A model generated the notes under the pieces. It saw only the letters and a list, made by a program, of their open reading frames with translations, ran no database searches and had not been told where the DNA came from. A DNA stretch of 33,183 nt from Malacoraja senta. Its lineage: Eukaryota. Shown here one piece after another: positions 11,591 through 23,640 of the stretch (its first letter is position 1; each line of letters opens with the position of its first letter). Made by a program: the position numbers and the translations under genes. Location: the NCBI GenBank assembly GCA_038087875.1, contig JAXLNO010000159.1, forward strand, positions 1-33,183, given 5' to 3'.

Positions 11591-11809
11591 ATTATGCAAG
11601 GGTCCACTGGATGTAACCCTTACGTAAGTCGGGGTGCATCTGTAGAGTGCAGAATACACGTTGGAGCTACAGGGAAAGGGCCTGGTGGTGGCTCAATTTT
11701 CATCCATCTGGGCTTGAGAGTCCATGCCACCATTGGCCATGGACCATCATTCACCATGATGACCAATGACTGGGTCCCTCTGTGACGCGATGGTTATTTG
11801 CCACACACT

Positions 11810-12250
11810 ATGTGGAGCAGCGGATAGAGCCTATGCCTCACAGCGCCAGAGAACCGGGTTCGATCCCGACCAGGGGTGATTAGAATAGGTGTCAATGGTT
11901 ATGGGGAGAAGGCAGGAAAATTCAATTAGGATGCAGAGATCAGCCATGATTGAATGGCGGAGTAGACTGGATGGGCCGAATGGCCTAATTTTACTCCAAT
12001 AACTTGCGAACTTGCGAATTTGTAAACTTGTGCTGTCTGTAGGGAGTTTTCACGTTCTCCCCGTAACTCGCATGTTTTTTCTCCGGGAGTTCCAGTTTCC
12101 TCCCACGCCCGAGAGACGTGCAGGTTTGTAGGTTAATTGGATTGATAAAATTGTAAATTGACCCTAGTTTGTGAGTGTGCGGGGATCACGGGTCGGTGCA
12201 GACTCGATGGGCAAAAGGGCCTGCTTCCGCTCTGTATCTCTAAACTAATC
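11810..12250 (+). mobile_element. HE1/V-type SINE interrupted by a CR1 tail (about 11878-12030)
   Basis: Head with B-box GGTTCGATCCC; body resumes at TGCTGTCTGTAGGGAGTTTT; tail TGTATCTCTAAACTAA. Confidence 0.8.
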
Positions 12251-12324
12251 CACAGACATACTCAGCTCTAGAATAGATACATACTGATAAAGTCACCCAC
12301 CAACTTACAGATCCACAGATGGGA

Positions 12325-12339
12325 ACACACACACATACA

Positions 12340-12429
<90 letters not shown>

Positions 12430-12445
12430 GACACACACACATACA

Positions 12446-12488
<43 letters not shown>

Positions 12489-12539
12489 ACACAGACACAC
12501 ACACACACACATACAGACACACACACACACACACATACA

Positions 12540-12577
<38 letters not shown>

Positions 12578-12601
12578 GACACACACACACACACACATAC
12601 A

Positions 12602-12656
<55 letters not shown>

Positions 12657-12686
12657 ACACAGACACACACACACACACACACGCAC

Positions 12687-12731
<45 letters not shown>

Positions 12732-12770
12732 TACACACACACACACACACATACACACACACACATACAG

Positions 12771-12862
<92 letters not shown>

Positions 12863-12945
12863 ACACATACAGACACTCACATACAGACACTCACACATAC
12901 AGACACTCACACACAGACACACACACATACAGACACTCACATACA

Positions 12946-12987
<42 letters not shown>

Positions 12988-13861
12988 GACACTCACACAC
13001 ACACACACACACACACAGACACTCACACACAGACACACACACACAGACACTCACACACACACACACATACAGACACTCACATACAGACACTCACACACAC
13101 ATACATACAGACACACACATACAGACACTAACGCATACAGACACAGACACACACATACAGACACACACATACAGACACAGACACACACATACAGACACAC
13201 ACACATACAGACACAGACACACACATACAGACACTCACACACACATACACACACACACACACATACAGACACACACTCACATACAGACACACACACACAG
13301 ACACTCACATACAGACACACATACAGACACTCACATACAGCCACACACACATACAGACACTCACACACACAGACACTCACACACATACAGACACACAGAT
13401 ACAGACACACACAGATACAGACACTCACAAATACATACACACACACACACGGACACACACACATACACACACTCACTCATACAGACACACACACATACAG
13501 ACACACACATACACACACACATACAGACACACACACATACACACACTCACACATACAGACACACACACACACATACAGACACACACACATACAGACACAC
13601 ACACATACAGACACACACACACACACACACATACAGACACACACACATACACACACATACAGACACACACACATACAGACACACACACATACACACACAT
13701 ACAGACACACACATACACACACACACACACATACAGACACACACACATACAGACACACACACACACACACACACTCACTCACACATACAGACACTCACAC
13801 ATACAGACACACACACACATACACACACACACACACACACATACACACACACACACACACA

Positions 13862-13934
<73 letters not shown>

Positions 13935-13999
13935 TCACACATACAGACACTCACACATACAGACACACACACACATACACACACACACACACACACACA

Positions 14000-14074
<75 letters not shown>

Positions 14075-14179
14075 TCACACATACAGACACTCACACATAT
14101 AGACACACACACACACATACAGACACACACACACACACGCACATACAGACCCACACACACACACACACACACACATACA

Positions 14180-14226
<47 letters not shown>

Positions 14227-14298
14227 TCACACATACAGACACTCACACATACAGACACACACACACACATACAGACACACACACACACACACATACAG

Positions 14299-14336
<38 letters not shown>

Positions 14337-14340
14337 TCAC
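12325..14340 (+). repeat. Interrupted (CA)n microsatellite, about 2 kb
   Basis: CA dinucleotide with recurrent ACATACAGAC and ACTCAC interruptions. Confidence 0.98.
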
Positions 14341-14499
14341 CAGCATCTATATTTGTGTTATTTTCATTTACTCTGACATCTGAATGATCCCGTCTTCAAT
14401 CCATGCCAACACATTTTCCCTAACGCAAGTGTTCTCATCGTGTCTGTCAGTCTTTGAAGCGTCACATTGTCGAATGCCGTGAAAATCGAACCACATTAC

Positions 14500-14750
14500 G
14501 GTTTCAGTGTAGTTTATTGTCATGGGTACCGTGAAAAGCTTTTGTTGCGTGCTATCCAGTCAGCAGAAAGACAATACATGATTACAATCGACACATGATA
14601 AGGGAATAACGTTTAGTTCAAGGCAAAGTCCAATCAAGAATAGTCTGAGGGTCACCAATGAGGTAGATAGTAGTTCAGGACTGCTCTCTGGTTGTGGTAG
14701 GATGGTTCAGTTGCCTGATAACAGCTGGGAAGAAACTGCCCCTGAATCTG
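14500..14750 (-). mobile_element. Rex1/Babar-like LINE 3' end fragment
   Basis: Minus strand reads AGATTCAGGGGCAGTTTCTTCCCAGCTGTTATCAGGCAACTGAAC (RF.GSFFPAVIRQLN), followed by the UTR shared with 6420-6520. Confidence 0.7.
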
Positions 14751-14756
14751 CATTGT

Positions 14757-14935
14757 ATCGAAGACAGACACAAAATGTCGGAGTAACTCAGCGGGACAGG
14801 TAGCATCTCTGGAGAGAATGATTGGGTGACGTCACCCGTTCCTTCTCTCCAGAGACGCCGCCTGTCCCGCTGAGATACTTCAGCATTTTGTGTCTACCTT
14901 CGATTTAAACCAGCATCTGCAGTTCCTTCCTACAC
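14757..14935. repeat. Head-to-head Penelope-derived repeat forming a 148-bp loopless palindrome
   Basis: 14757-14830 is an imperfect reverse complement of 14831-14904, centred on GGGTGAC|GTCACCC. Confidence 0.85.
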
Positions 14936-15057
14936 ATTTTGTCTGCATTACAGCTCCAGGTTATTTGCTCATCTCCGTAGATGCTGCCGGACCTTTGACC
15001 TGACGGGTATCTCCTGCATTGTCTCATTTTATTTTGGATGTTGAGGAGCTGACTGAA

Positions 15058-15410
15058 GCCTTGGATAGAGTGGAAGTGGAGAGGATGTTTCCACCAGTGG
15101 GAGTCTAGGACTAGAGGGCACAGCCTCAATTTAAAGGACGTTCTTTTAGGAAGGAGATGAGGAGGAATTTCTTTAGCCAGAGGGTGGTGAATGAGTGGAA
15201 TTCTTTTCCACAGAAGGCTGCGGAGGCCAAGTCAGTGGATATTTTTAAGGCGGAGAGATAGATTCTTGATCAGTACGGGTGTCAGGGGTTATGGAGAGAA
15301 GGCAGGAGAATGGGGTTCGGAGGGAGAGAGAGATCAGCCATGATTGAATGGCGGAGTAGACTGGATGGGCCGAATGGCCTAATTCTACTCCTATCACTTA
15401 TGAACGTATG
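15058..15410 (+). mobile_element. CR1 LINE 3' fragment
   Basis: Closely similar to 11237-11590. Confidence 0.88.
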
Positions 15411-15411
15411 A

Positions 15412-15625
15412 TTGCAAGGTACAGCATGGAAACAGGCCGTTTGGCCCAACAGGCCAACACCGACCATTGGAACATAGAAACATAGAAAGACAGGTGCAGG
15501 AGTAGGCCATTTGGCACCGAGCCATTCAATATGATCATGGCTGATCATCTAACATCAGTACCCCGTTCTTGCCTTTTTCCCCATATCCCCTGATTCCTTT
15601 AGCCCTGAGAGATGAATCTAACTCT
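15412..15625 (-). mobile_element. SINE/LINE tail plus CR1 3' tail fragments
   Basis: ACAGCATGGAAACAGGCC tail, then the (AACATAGA)n tail and the reverse of the CR1 3' UTR. Confidence 0.7.
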
Positions 15626-15629
15626 CGAA

Positions 15630-16947
15630 CAATGGCGCAGAGGAGGAGGAGTTGCTGCCTCACAGCGCCAGAGACGGGTTCGATCCTGACCAGGGGTGGA
15701 GTTTGTACGTTACCCCTGTGGCCGCGTGGGTTTTCTCCGGGTGGCTCCAGTCTCCTCCCACATCCCAAAGACATACATGTTTGTAGGTTAATTGGGTTAT
15801 GTCCCTAGTGCATAGGTTAGAACACGTCCCTATGTGTGTGGGTATGTTACAATACTTACCTTCAGCGGCGCTGCAATTCTGCCACTGGCCGTGTGCGCGA
15901 TTTTGGCGCCTTTGAGGGGGGGGCGGGGTTAAAATGCGGGTTTCTCCTACCTTGTCCTGTATTATATTTCGTTGGAGTGCCAGCTTTTGCGGAAGAATCG
16001 TTCCGACGGGGCGTTTTGAGTATTTTGTTTTAAAAATCTCCTGACAATTTCAGCGCTGGAGTCATTTTAAAATCAGCTTCGAAAGCCGTCAACGCCAACA
16101 ACGGGGACGGATTTCACACACGGGACAGGTAAACGAAAGTAGTTTATTTGATGTATAAAAGTGCTTCTTAAGAGGCCTTTAATTCATATTTTTTTAATGC
16201 GAAACGGTGATTCTTTTCCCCGAACTAACGGCAGAATTTTTCATGCCGATACTGGGTTAAATTCACCGCCAATCAACGTTCCAAATGATCGCGTTCCAGA
16301 AAACCTCACTCGCAAGATGATTTAAATGCCCATTAATTTACAGGTAATAAACATTCAATTCCTTCCATTTGGCCTGTAAATCCATGACAATGAGATTTTA
16401 AAATTATGTTATATTGTGAATTATTGTGTGAATGTTATTTGGACACTTAGGCTATTAAAAAATGTTAATCTATTCTTAAGAAATTGATAGATGTTTAGAT
16501 CTAGTAATTGAATTTTGTAATTAGCTACAATTAGGTAACAAACTAATTATATGCTTTAATTTCATGTCATCTAAGTAAGATTGTTTCATATTTGTTTCAG
16601 AATGCTTCAATCTATAATAACTGAAAATTTCTTTCAGTTCTCATAATGTTTAAGAAAGTTATGGGCTTTTAACTGTCCTTGATCACAGCTTTTGTGTTAA
16701 GTCAATGGAAAAGCAATAGGGAACAAGATGCTAATTTCCGAGCATGAAAATGGCCATAACTTTTTTAATACTGAAGATATGAAAGTGAATTAGGTGTCAA
16801 ATTAAACTTCTTTTATGCTTTATCTGATGGGATAAATTGCAGACTTTATTTTTAAAATCTCAAAATGTTGTAACATTGCTAGGATATGGGTGATCACGGT
16901 TGGCACTGACGGAGGGCCGAAGGGCCTGTTTCCACTGTGTGTCTCTT
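15630..16947 (+). mobile_element. HE1/V-type SINE split by the 15841-16879 insertion
   Basis: Head and body at 15630-15840 (B-box GGTTCGATCCT); tail at 16880-16947 (GGGCCGAAGGGCCTGTTTCC). Confidence 0.75.
15841..16879. mobile_element. Unclassified non-autonomous DNA-transposon-like element, about 1.04 kb
   Basis: Short TIR cores ATGTTACAA (15844-15852) and TTGTAACAT (16868-16876); removing it rejoins the SINE; no recognisable coding sequence. Confidence 0.7.
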
Positions 16948-16949
16948 AA

Positions 16950-17230
16950 CAGCGACGGCACGGTGGCGCAGCGGTAGAGTTGCTGCCTTGCAGCGCCTGA
17001 GACGCGGGTTGGATCCTGTGTACGGGTGCTGTCTATACGGAGTTTGTACGTTTTCTCCGACCTCTACGGTTTCCTCCCACACGTCAAAGGCGCGCAGGTT
17101 TGTAGGTTAATTGGCTTCGGTATAATCGTAAGTTGTCCCTGGTGTGTGTGTGTAAGGTAGTGTTAGTGTGCGGGGATCGCTGGTCGGCGCGGACCCGATG
17201 GGCCGTATTTCCGCGGGGTATCTCTAAACT
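16950..17230 (+). mobile_element. HE1/V-type SINE
   Basis: Head GGCACGGTGGCGCAGCGGTAGAG, central domain, TATCTCTAAACT tail. Confidence 0.88.
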
Positions 17231-17231
17231 C

Positions 17232-17463
17232 CGTTCACAAGTTATCCCGCTTTCCCACTGGGTGAAATTTACAGGGATCGATTAACCTGCAAACCCGCAC
17301 GTCTTTGGGGTGTGGGAGGTAACCGGAGCGCCCGGGGGAAACCCCGCGCGGGTCCACGGGGAGAACGCGCAAACTCCACACAGACGGCACCCGGGGTGGG
17401 GATCGAACCTGTGTCCCCAGCGCTGTGAGGCAGCGGCACCTACCCGCTGCGCCACTGTGCCAC
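17232..17463 (-). mobile_element. HE1/V-type SINE, CpG-rich copy
   Basis: Minus-strand head GGCACAGTGGCGCAGCGGGTAG with B-box GGTTCGATCCC. Confidence 0.85.
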
Positions 17464-17499
17464 TATGTGTTTTGTACCCCCCACAAGAGTTATTAACCC

Positions 17500-17570
17500 C
17501 CTCTCCTCCGCCCACATTCTTATCCCTCTGCCTACGCCTGGCTCGGACGGATCGGAAGTGACGAACCAAC
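17500..17570. promoter_or_regulatory. Candidate regulatory element: GC box plus overlapping ETS-CRE motif
   Basis: CCGCCC at 17508-17513 and CGGAAGTGACG at 17553-17563, in a short unique CpG-rich gap between SINEs. Motif evidence only. Confidence 0.3.
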
Positions 17571-17594
17571 CTTCACCGGCCCCTCTCTCTCCGG

Positions 17595-17815
17595 TCACGG
17601 TGGCGCAGCGGCGGAGTTGCCGCTTTACGGCAAAACGCAGCGCCGGAGACCGGGGTTCGATTCCAACTACGGGCGCTGTCCGTGCGGAGTCTGTACGTTG
17701 TCCCCCCCCCCCCCCCCGTGACCTGCGTGGGATTTCTCCGAGATCTTCGGTTTCCTCCCACATTCCAAAGACGTACAGCTTTGCAGGTTAATTGGCTTGG
17801 TGTATGTAAAAATGG
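17595..17815 (+). mobile_element. HE1/V-type SINE, 3'-truncated
   Basis: A-box TGGCGCAGCGG, B-box GGTTCGATTCC, central domain. Confidence 0.85.
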
Positions 17816-17879
17816 TCCAGTCATAATATTGCCCAACTTCCAGTATAGCCCCTGGTGGACTCCTTCACAAGGTACACGG

Positions 17880-18065
17880 CACTGGGCCTGTACTCGCTGG
17901 AGTTTAGAAGGATGAGGGGGGGAGACCTCAGTGAAACTTACCGAAGAGTGAAAGGTCTGGGTAGAGTGGATGTGGAGAGGATGTTTCCACTAGTGGGAGA
18001 GCCCAGGACCGGAGGTCACAGCCTCAGAATTAAAGGACGTTGCTGTAGGAAAGAAATGAGGATGA
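17880..18065 (+). mobile_element. CR1 internal fragment
   Basis: Encodes [20 protein letters not shown]...VERMFPLVGEPRTGGHSLRIKG. Confidence 0.85.
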
Positions 18066-18113
18066 ATTACAGTTGAGCCTTTCACAGTGTACGGATACAA
18101 GTACACTAGTTCT

Positions 18114-21100
18114 TTTTTTTTTTTAATTTTTATTTATTAGAAGTACATTACATTACAACCACATACATTAATACTCGTCATTTATATCTTCTTACAATTA
18201 ATGTACTCCCTTTATTTATTTTTTTACACTAGAAAAAGAAAAGATTGAAAGAGAGAAGAAAGTGAAGGAAAAGTGCAAGTGTAGAAAAGTGTAGAAAATG
18301 TAACAACAAAAAAGGACGAAGACCCTATAAGAGCGAAATTAAAAACAAAAAGAAAAAGAGTTAAGAAATAGGCCCTAAGAAAAGAAAAGAGAAAGAGAAA
18401 AAAAGAGAAACAAATGTGTTTTTTTTTGAGCATCACGTAAATAGGACATACCAACTCTTCAACTATCACCCCCCCTTACCTGACCTCACTTTTTTTTATT
18501 TTTTTAAAGTACTTTTGCACCCTATGTTTGTAATAATTCTATAAATGCAGACCACGTCAGGTGGAAGTGATCTGGTTTACCTGCTAGGAGGAGTCTTATC
18601 TCTTCAAGGTGTAATGTTTCAAACATATTTGAAATCCACATATTTATAGTTGGTATTGGAGCCTTCTTCCAAAATTTTAGAATTAGCTTTTTTCCAGTTA
18701 TTAACCCATAGTCCATTAATTTCTTTTGAAACACATTTAGTTCTGGATCATCTTCCGTTATTCCGAAGATAATCCATTCTGCTTTGGGTATCAGTCTTGT
18801 TTTAAATAACTTTGTAAAGATTTCAAAAATTTCATTCCAAAATTTTTGAATTTTTGTACAGAAGACAAATGAGTGCGCTATAGTTGCTTCTTGGGATTGA
18901 CATTTATCACAAATAGATGATACGTTTGGGATAATTTTATGAATTTTAGTTTTCGAATAATATAATCTATGTAAAATTTTAAATTGTATTAAAGTGTGTC
19001 TTACATTAATCGAGCATTTATGCACTTTTAATAAGTATTCATTCCAACTTTCCTTTGAAATTTTAATAGCTAACTCTTGTTCCCAGTCTCTTCTGATACC
19101 CTCCGTATATGGTATTTGTGCATTTAAGATAATATTATACAAATATGATATTAAGTTTGCTGATTCAGCTTTTATCTGCATTGCCTCGTCCAGTACATCT
19201 GCTGGGTTATTATAATGATCTTTTGTATATTTTTTCAAATAGTCGCATATTTGAAAGTATTTAAAATATTGATTATTTCCGAGTTTATATTTTATTTGTA
19301 ATTGTTGAAATGAAAGTAATTTTCCAGTTTCATACAAGTCACCAAGCGTTTTAATTCCTAGTCTATCCCATTGTGTATAAGCTTTATCTATAATAGGACT
19401 AAACGAAGGGTTATTGACTATAGGTAATAAAAGTGATAAGTTTCTTAATTTTAAATTTTGTTTTATTTGTTTCCAAATACGGATTGTACTATGAATAATT
19501 GGGTTCTTATTATAGTTTATGTTATTCAATTTCATTGGAGAGAGGAGGATCGCTCCAATGTTTCTAGAGGAGCAATCCTCTTTCTCCATTACAATCCAGT
19601 CTACTTGCTGGGCGGAGTTATCCATCAGTTGAATCATGTTTTTAATATTTACTGACCAATAATAATACATAAAATTAGGTAGTGCTAGACCCCCCAATAC
19701 TTTAGGTTTATTCAGATGGGTTTTTTGTATTCTATGTGCTTTATAGTCCCATATAAAATTAGTGATATCTGAGTCGAGTTTTTTAAAAAACTTCTTAGGT
19801 AAGTATATAGGAATTGATTGAAATAGGTATAAAATTTGTGGTAAAAAGATCATTTTTATTGCGTTTATTCGGCCTATTAAAGACATCGGGAGCGTTTTCC
19901 AGAATTTAATTAATGTATTCAGTTTATTAAGTAGGGGGTCAAAATTTGCCCTGAATATACCTTGATATGTTCTGGTAATTTCGATTCCCAAATATTTAAA
20001 TTTTTCTGTAGCTATTTTAAAAGGGAATTTTAAAAGATGTGTTGAATCTTTCGGTTTTATTGACATAATTTCACTTTTATTCCAATTTATTCTATATCCA
20101 GAAAAAGATCCGAAGTCTTCAATTAAATTTAATATATTTGGTATAGTGATTTGAGGTTTTGTAATATACAATAATATATCATCCGCGTATAAAGATATTT
20201 TATTATATGAGTCTTTAGTATTATATCCATGAATATCAGGGTGTATTCTAATTTTTTCTGCTAGCGGTTCAATAATGAGAGCAAACAGCTGTGGTGATAA
20301 TGAGCATCCTTGTCTATTTCCCCTTGATAGTTGAAATTTCGAGGATAATATGTTATTAGTAAGTATTCTAGCTGTAGGTTTGTTATATAGTAACTTAATC
20401 CATAAAATACAATTCTCTCCCAGTTGAAATTTTTGTAATACTTTATCCATATAATTCCATTCTACTTGATCAAATGCTTTTTCAGCATCCAGCGAAATAA
20501 TTGATAATTCTTGATCTTCAGATTTGTGTGAGTGCATTATGTTGAGTAGACGTCTCATATTATTAGAAGAGTATCTCTTAGGGATAAACCCTGTCTGATC
20601 TGGGTTTATTAATTTACTAATGTATTTACTTAATCTTCTAGCTAATGTTTTCGCTAATATTTTTTGATCTGTGTTTAACAATGCTATAGCTCTATATGAA
20701 CCAGGTTCTTCTAAATCTTTATTTTTCTTAGGTATTAGTGTAATCGTTGATTCCGCTAATGTATCAGGTAGTATTCGTTTTTTAAAAGCGTATTGGTACA
20801 TTTTTTGTAATCTTGGTATTATTTTATCATAAAAGCTTTTATAAAATTCATTAGTAAATCCATCAGGGCCTGGTGTTTTTCCATTTTTTAATGAGTTTAT
20901 TGTATCTTCTAATTCCTTAATTGAGATTTGTGCACCCAGTTCCTCTTGTTCCTTCAGCTCTAACTTTGGAAGATTACAGGTATCCAAGAACTTTGTGATA
21001 TTATTGGAATCAATTATCGTTTTAGATGTATACAAATTCTCGTAAAATTGCGCAAATCTTTTATTAATATCCTTCGGTGTTGTTAATAATTCCCCTTTAT

Positions 21101-22908
21101 CTGATTTGATCTTTGGTATAGTATGTTCCTTTTCACGTTTTTTTAGCTGGCGAGCCAAAAGTTTATGCGGTTTATCCCCAAATTCAAAGTGCTCTTGTTT
21201 TGTAATTTGAAAAAGTCTTATAAGTTTGGCAGATAATAATTTATTTAATTTAAATTTTAAAATTATTATTTTATTATGTTTATCTATTGATGGATCTTTA
21301 GCATTATCTATATCCATTTGTCTAATAAGTTCTTCTAACTGTCTTTGTTCATTCTTATTCTTTTTATTTTGAAAAGCTTGATATGAAATTATAATACCCC
21401 TAATGTATGCTTTAAAAGATTCCCAAAGTAAAGTAGGCGATATATCTGAAGTATCATTTGTTTGAAAAAAGACCTCCATTTGTTCTTTTAAATATATACT
21501 CGCTTGTGGATCTTTTAAAATTTGAGAGTTAAATCTCCAGAATGAATTATTCTTAGACAATCCTTCCAGTTTTAAAAAGAAAGTTAGTGGAGAATGGTCT
21601 GAAATTGAATTTGTATGGTATATTGCATTAGATGTTTGGGGGATTAATTTTGTATCCAGCAGAAAGTAGTCTATACGTGAGTATGTCTTATGTACCATTG
21701 AGTAAAATGAATATTCCCTGCCAGTTGGATTAACAATTCTCCAAACATCTGCTATATTAGTGTTATTTATATAGGTATTGAGGAGTTCCCCAGTTTTCGA
21801 TTTCATATTCCCTCTCTGTTTTTGACTTGATTTATCTAAGTACGGATCTAAAACACAGTTAAAGTCTCCGCCTATTATAACATTTTGATAGTTTGACTCT
21901 GCAATTATATTGAAGATTTTATTGAAAAAGTGGGGATTATCAAAGTTAGGGGCATATATATTTACCAAAGTAAGGGAGTGTCATGGATTTCTCCATTAAC
22001 TATTAGGTATCTCCCTTCTATATCTGTTATAATATTCTTTGCTTTAAATGGTATACCTTTTCTTATGATAATTGACGTGCCTCTAGATTTTGAAGTGAAT
22101 GAAGAGTGGTATGTTTGACCTATCCATTTCGCCCTCAGCCTAACTTGGTCCTGAGGTTTTAGGTGTGTTTCTTGTAGAAAGGTAATGTCAGAATTATACA
22201 TTTTTAGCTGAGCTAATATCTTACCCCTTTTGATAGGTTCGTTAATACCTCTTATATTCCAACTACAAAATGAGATTCCTCCTAGGTTCTTTTGTGTGGT
22301 GTCATGCATTTTGAATAATTATAGTACCTTTGAATCTTGTGGTGCGTCCATGTCCCAGGTCTTTAGGTATTGGGGGAGTTTTTGAATTATTAACTTTTGC
22401 TGGTATGTCCATATTACTCTTACCAGTAAACACAAAACACAAACAAGTGATTTTATGTGATAAAAAAAAAACTAAAAAAGTGAGGCTACAGTGTCTGATA
22501 TAATCGGCACTGTAGCGAGTGACCCACCTGTAGGTGGGAAAAAACCTTGTTTTGACTTCCATTGCGTTGTTACTCAACTAGCTCCGCTCTCTTAGTTAAT
22601 CATAACATATTAAAATATTAAAACGAGGCCTCACATTCAGATATATAATACAATTTTACCCTGATATTTCCTTATAACATATATATATATCAGAGTTTAA
22701 TTATTAAACCAATATTTTTGATTTCAATAAGAATCAACTGTTGGTTGAAGGGGTTAACGAGACGTGCTCCTGGACATAAGCCAGGAGCTCGTTTCTCATC
22801 CCCTCCTCCCGCTTATAGACAAGGTTACAATTTATTAAAAATTCATATTAGTATGTTAGTTCATTATTTTTTTGTTTTTTTGTTAGTATTCTAATCTAAC
22901 CTGCATAC
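18114..22908 (-). mobile_element. L1-clade LINE, about 4.8 kb, 5'-truncated upstream of ORF2 (no ORF1)
   Basis: 17-bp TSD ACAAGTACACTAGTTCT (18097-18113 and 22909-22925); poly(A) tail and AATAAA on the minus strand at 18114-18138; ORF2 with EN, RT and CCHC. Confidence 0.95.
18522..22309 (-). pseudogene. L1 ORF2 (APE endonuclease + reverse transcriptase + C-terminal CCHC), about 1262 aa if a single 1-bp gap near 21973 is repaired
   Basis: EN motifs SWNIRG, FLQETH, GGDFN, SRIDY, SDHSP; RT motifs SLDAEKAFD, RQGCSLSP, YADD (20178-20189); CDKC...H...C. Split into ORFs 21962-22309 and 18522-21968. Confidence 0.93.
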
Positions 22909-22939
22909 ACAAGTACACTAGTTCTATCGTACATTGGGC

Positions 22940-23257
22940 TGTCACGGTGGCGCAGCGGTAGAGTTGCTGCCTTGCAGCGAATGGAGCGCCGGAGACCCAG
23001 GTTCGATCCCGACCATGGGTGCTGTCTGTACGGAGTTTGCACGTTCGCCCCGAGACCTGCGTGGGTTTTCTCCGAGATCTTCGGTTTCCTCCCACACTCC
23101 AAAGACGTGCAGGTTTGTCGGTTAATTGGCTTGGTGTAAATGTAAAAATTGTCCCTAGTGGGTGTAGGATAGTGTTAGTGTGCGGGGATCGCTGGTCGGC
23201 GAGGCCCCGATGGGCCGAAGGGCCTGTTTCCGTGCTGTATCTCTAAACTAAACTAAA
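22940..23257 (+). mobile_element. HE1/V-type SINE, full length
   Basis: A-box and B-box, central domain, CTAAACTAAACTAAAC tail. Confidence 0.9.
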
Positions 23258-23548
23258 CACCAGGGACAATTTACAGAGATCAATTAACCGACAAACCTGC
23301 ACGTCTTTAGAGTGTGGGAGGAAACCAGAGCACCCGGAGAAAACCCACGCAGGTCACGGGGAGAACGTACAAACTCCGTACAGACAGCATCCGTAGTCAG
23401 GATGGAACCAAATAAAATGTCAAATTTACCGAAGCCAATTAACCTATAAAAACCTGGACGTCTTTGGAGTGTGGGAGGAAACCGGGGCACCCGGAGAAAA
23501 CTTATGCGGTCACAGGGAGAACGTGCAAACTCGGTCCAGACAGCCCAC
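23258..23548 (-). mobile_element. Two tandem partial HE1/V-type SINE bodies
   Basis: Two copies of CAATTAACC...ACGTCTTT-GAGTGTGGGAGGAAACC...GGAGAACGT-CAAACTC, at about 23258-23410 and 23425-23548. Confidence 0.82.
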
Positions 23549-23553
23549 ATGCA

Positions 23554-23612
23554 GTCAGCGGGACAGGCAGCATCTCCGGAGAGATGGAATGGGTCGGGAC
23601 TCTTCTTCAGAC
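23554..23612 (-). mobile_element. Penelope-derived repeat fragment, internally deleted, next to the PIGC acceptor region
   Basis: TCAGCGGGACAGGCAGCATCTC-GGAGAGA-GGAATGGGT...CTTCTTCAGAC matches 23850-23918 but lacks the GACGTTTC segment. Confidence 0.65.
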
Positions 23613-23640
23613 CTCACACTGCTTCCCTCTCTGTCCACAG

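Noticed and set aside
12240..13794. Stacked CV/TH ORFs
   Set aside because: Same microsatellite artefact.
17821..17871. Short AG...GT-bounded unique segment as a candidate exon
   Set aside because: No polypyrimidine tract, weak donor (GTACAC) and no PIGC similarity in any frame.
22302..22577. 91-aa minus-strand ORF upstream of L1 ORF2 as a possible ORF1
   Set aside because: Too short and lacks coiled-coil/RRM character; non-ATG start in low-complexity sequence.
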